A DNA stretch of 64,000 nucleotides. It comes from Eledone cirrhosa. Taxonomy: Eukaryota. The stretch spans positions 125,426,001-125,490,000 of the forward strand of contig OZ024743.1 in NCBI GenBank assembly GCA_964016885.1, in the 5' to 3' direction. A model generated the notes under the pieces. The model had not been told where the DNA came from. It worked only from the letters and a program-made list of their open reading frames with translations, and searched no databases. The position numbers and the translations under genes were made by a program. This document shows positions 62,189 through 64,000 of the stretch, piece by piece; the stretch's first letter is position 1, and each line of letters opens with the position of its first letter.

Positions 62189-63258
62189 TCTAAAACAAAG
62201 AATGTCTGTCTGTCTGTCTGTCTGACTCCCTAATACTCAAGAACCACCCAAACGATTTTTTTCAAACTTTACACATGTAATACTTATGGTCCTGTGAGTG
62301 TTTTGAGCAAAAGATATTTCGAATTTTCAATGCCCTAGGGACCGCATTAGGCGATTTAGCGATCTCTCTCTATAATTCTTAGTCTGTCTTTTTAGATAGA
62401 TACATAGATATAACGTTGCACCCTTATAATATCTGTCTGTATGTCTGGCTGTCTGCATTACGACATTATGACGTCGCTATCTGTGTGTGTGTATATATGT
62501 ATATATAGCATGTGTGTAAATATATATAGTGTGTAACGTTTTTCGAAATATTTACTTCTACGTTCACACATTGATTATTTTAGTTTCAGAAGATCCCATT
62601 AAAGGTGTAAGCAGCGATTCTTTGCTTAAACTTTATATATGATGCCTGTGTGAGATGCGTGATGCTGCATGGTAGTGAGACATGGGCAGCAACTGCAGAG
62701 CATATGCGACGGCTGGAGAGAAATGAAGCAAGTATGCTCTGTTGGATGTGCAATGTCAATGTGCGTGAACGACCAAGCATAGACGAGTTGAGAAAGAAAC
62801 TGGGTATAAGAGGGATAAGTTGTGGTGTGCAGGAGAGAAGACTGAGATGGTATGGACATGTGATGCGCATGGAGGATGACCGCTGGGTAAAGTAGTCCCA
62901 AGAAATCCCAGTAGAAGGAAGACGCAGTAGAGGTAGACCATGAAAAACTAGGGCGGAGGTGGTGAGAGCAGACCTCAGATCGCTGTAACTCACGGAGGAA
63001 ATGACGAAGGACCATGACAAGTGGAGAGATGCTGTGCTAAATAGGACCCGTCCAACCCTTGCAAGCAGGGAAAGCGGACGTAAAATGATGATGATGATGA
63101 TGATGATAATTATATATTCGTGGACAGATATTTTTGCATACACAATAACAAAATATAAACAAGCGTATTTATTTAACGAAGCTTGATAAGGATAAATATA
63201 TATCAAATATATAAGAGCTCTAGAGCAAATCCCGAGCAACGCCGGGCCATTCTGCAAG
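62189..63258 (+). mobile_element. Non-autonomous Helitron-like element
   Basis: A|TC start, (TCTG)n near the 5' end, 3' hairpin CCCGAGCAACGCCGGG followed by CAAG|T (one mismatch to CTAG|T). Confidence 0.65.
62590..63108 (+). mobile_element. RTE family-1-like 3' fragment inside a Helitron
   Basis: [21 protein letters not shown] and (GAT)n tail. Confidence 0.88.
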
Positions 63259-64000
63259 TATGTATTAAAATTTTTTTTAATAGGTTCATAATTACATATA
63301 TATATATGTGTGTGTGAGAGGGACCATCATCATTATCACCACCATTATTTTTCTTTTGTTTTTTTTTCATGTTGGCATGAGTAGGATGAAACTTTTGGTG
63401 GGTAGATTTCTATGGTCAGATATTCTTCTTGACACCAAATTTTGGTTATTGTTGTTGTTGCTTTCTTCTTAAATAAGGTACTAATCTTTGGATGTCAAAC
63501 TGCTAAGATGGTTGACTTTTGTTTATGTGGGACAAACATCACCAATAGATAGATAGAGAGGCAGACAGATGATAAAGTTCATAGTTATAAGCTAAAATGG
63601 AGAGGAAATGTACCAGAATTGCAACTTGATAAGAAACTGGCTGGTGGATAATGCTTAATACATAAGTTTTGTATGTATGTGTTTTGTAAGTCACCCATAA
63701 AATAGCCAGGCTTTTGGCAACGTGTTGATACACATTATACTAATCCTAGTTTACAAAGATTAGAAGTAATTGGCTTTAAATAATTATGAGACCAGCCACT
63801 GAATAATTATTTTCTTTTCTAAAATCAGATCATTGTTTGTTTATAACACTGACACATTGATTGGATATCAGTAAAAGTGATTATTTATTAATTTGTTTTC
63901 TGGCAAAGTTTACTGTAACAAAACTGGACCTGCTACTATAGGTAAGAAATCAGCAAGTTTTATCATCTTGCACCTTAAAAAGCCCAATTGTTCACAAAAT

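Overview
AT-rich, repeat-dense animal genomic DNA. The RTE LINEs with (GAT)n tails, tRNA-derived SINEs and TA/TG microsatellites suggest an octopus or other cephalopod (inference). Two spliced host genes point away from each other. CWF19L2 is on the minus strand with 13 coding exons from ATG 20583 down to 3040 and continues off the left edge. CFAP276/C1orf194 is on the plus strand, complete in 4 coding exons (38193-61818, 164 aa), with two RFX X-box-like motifs upstream. The 17.6-kb gap between the start codons holds a nested TE cluster: a decayed RTE LINE with a solo LTR, a CsRn1-clade Gypsy element (24891-33198) containing a second GC-rich LTR element (29555-32464), a deleted third LTR element and a CRE-type non-LTR 3' fragment. 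The most striking observation is that the inner LTR element has no TGG-type primer-binding site. Instead the 12 nt abutting its 5' LTR are exactly complementary to nt 1-12 of tRNA-Phe(GAA), and its RT/RNase H looks DIRS-like while it carries a DDE integrase. The introns also contain a near-intact RTE LINE, a 4.2-kb hAT shell with a perfect 8-bp TSD, a perfect 177-bp-arm palindrome, Penelope-like, Helitron and piggyBac-like relics, and many SINEs. All homology calls come from recalled motifs, not database searches.
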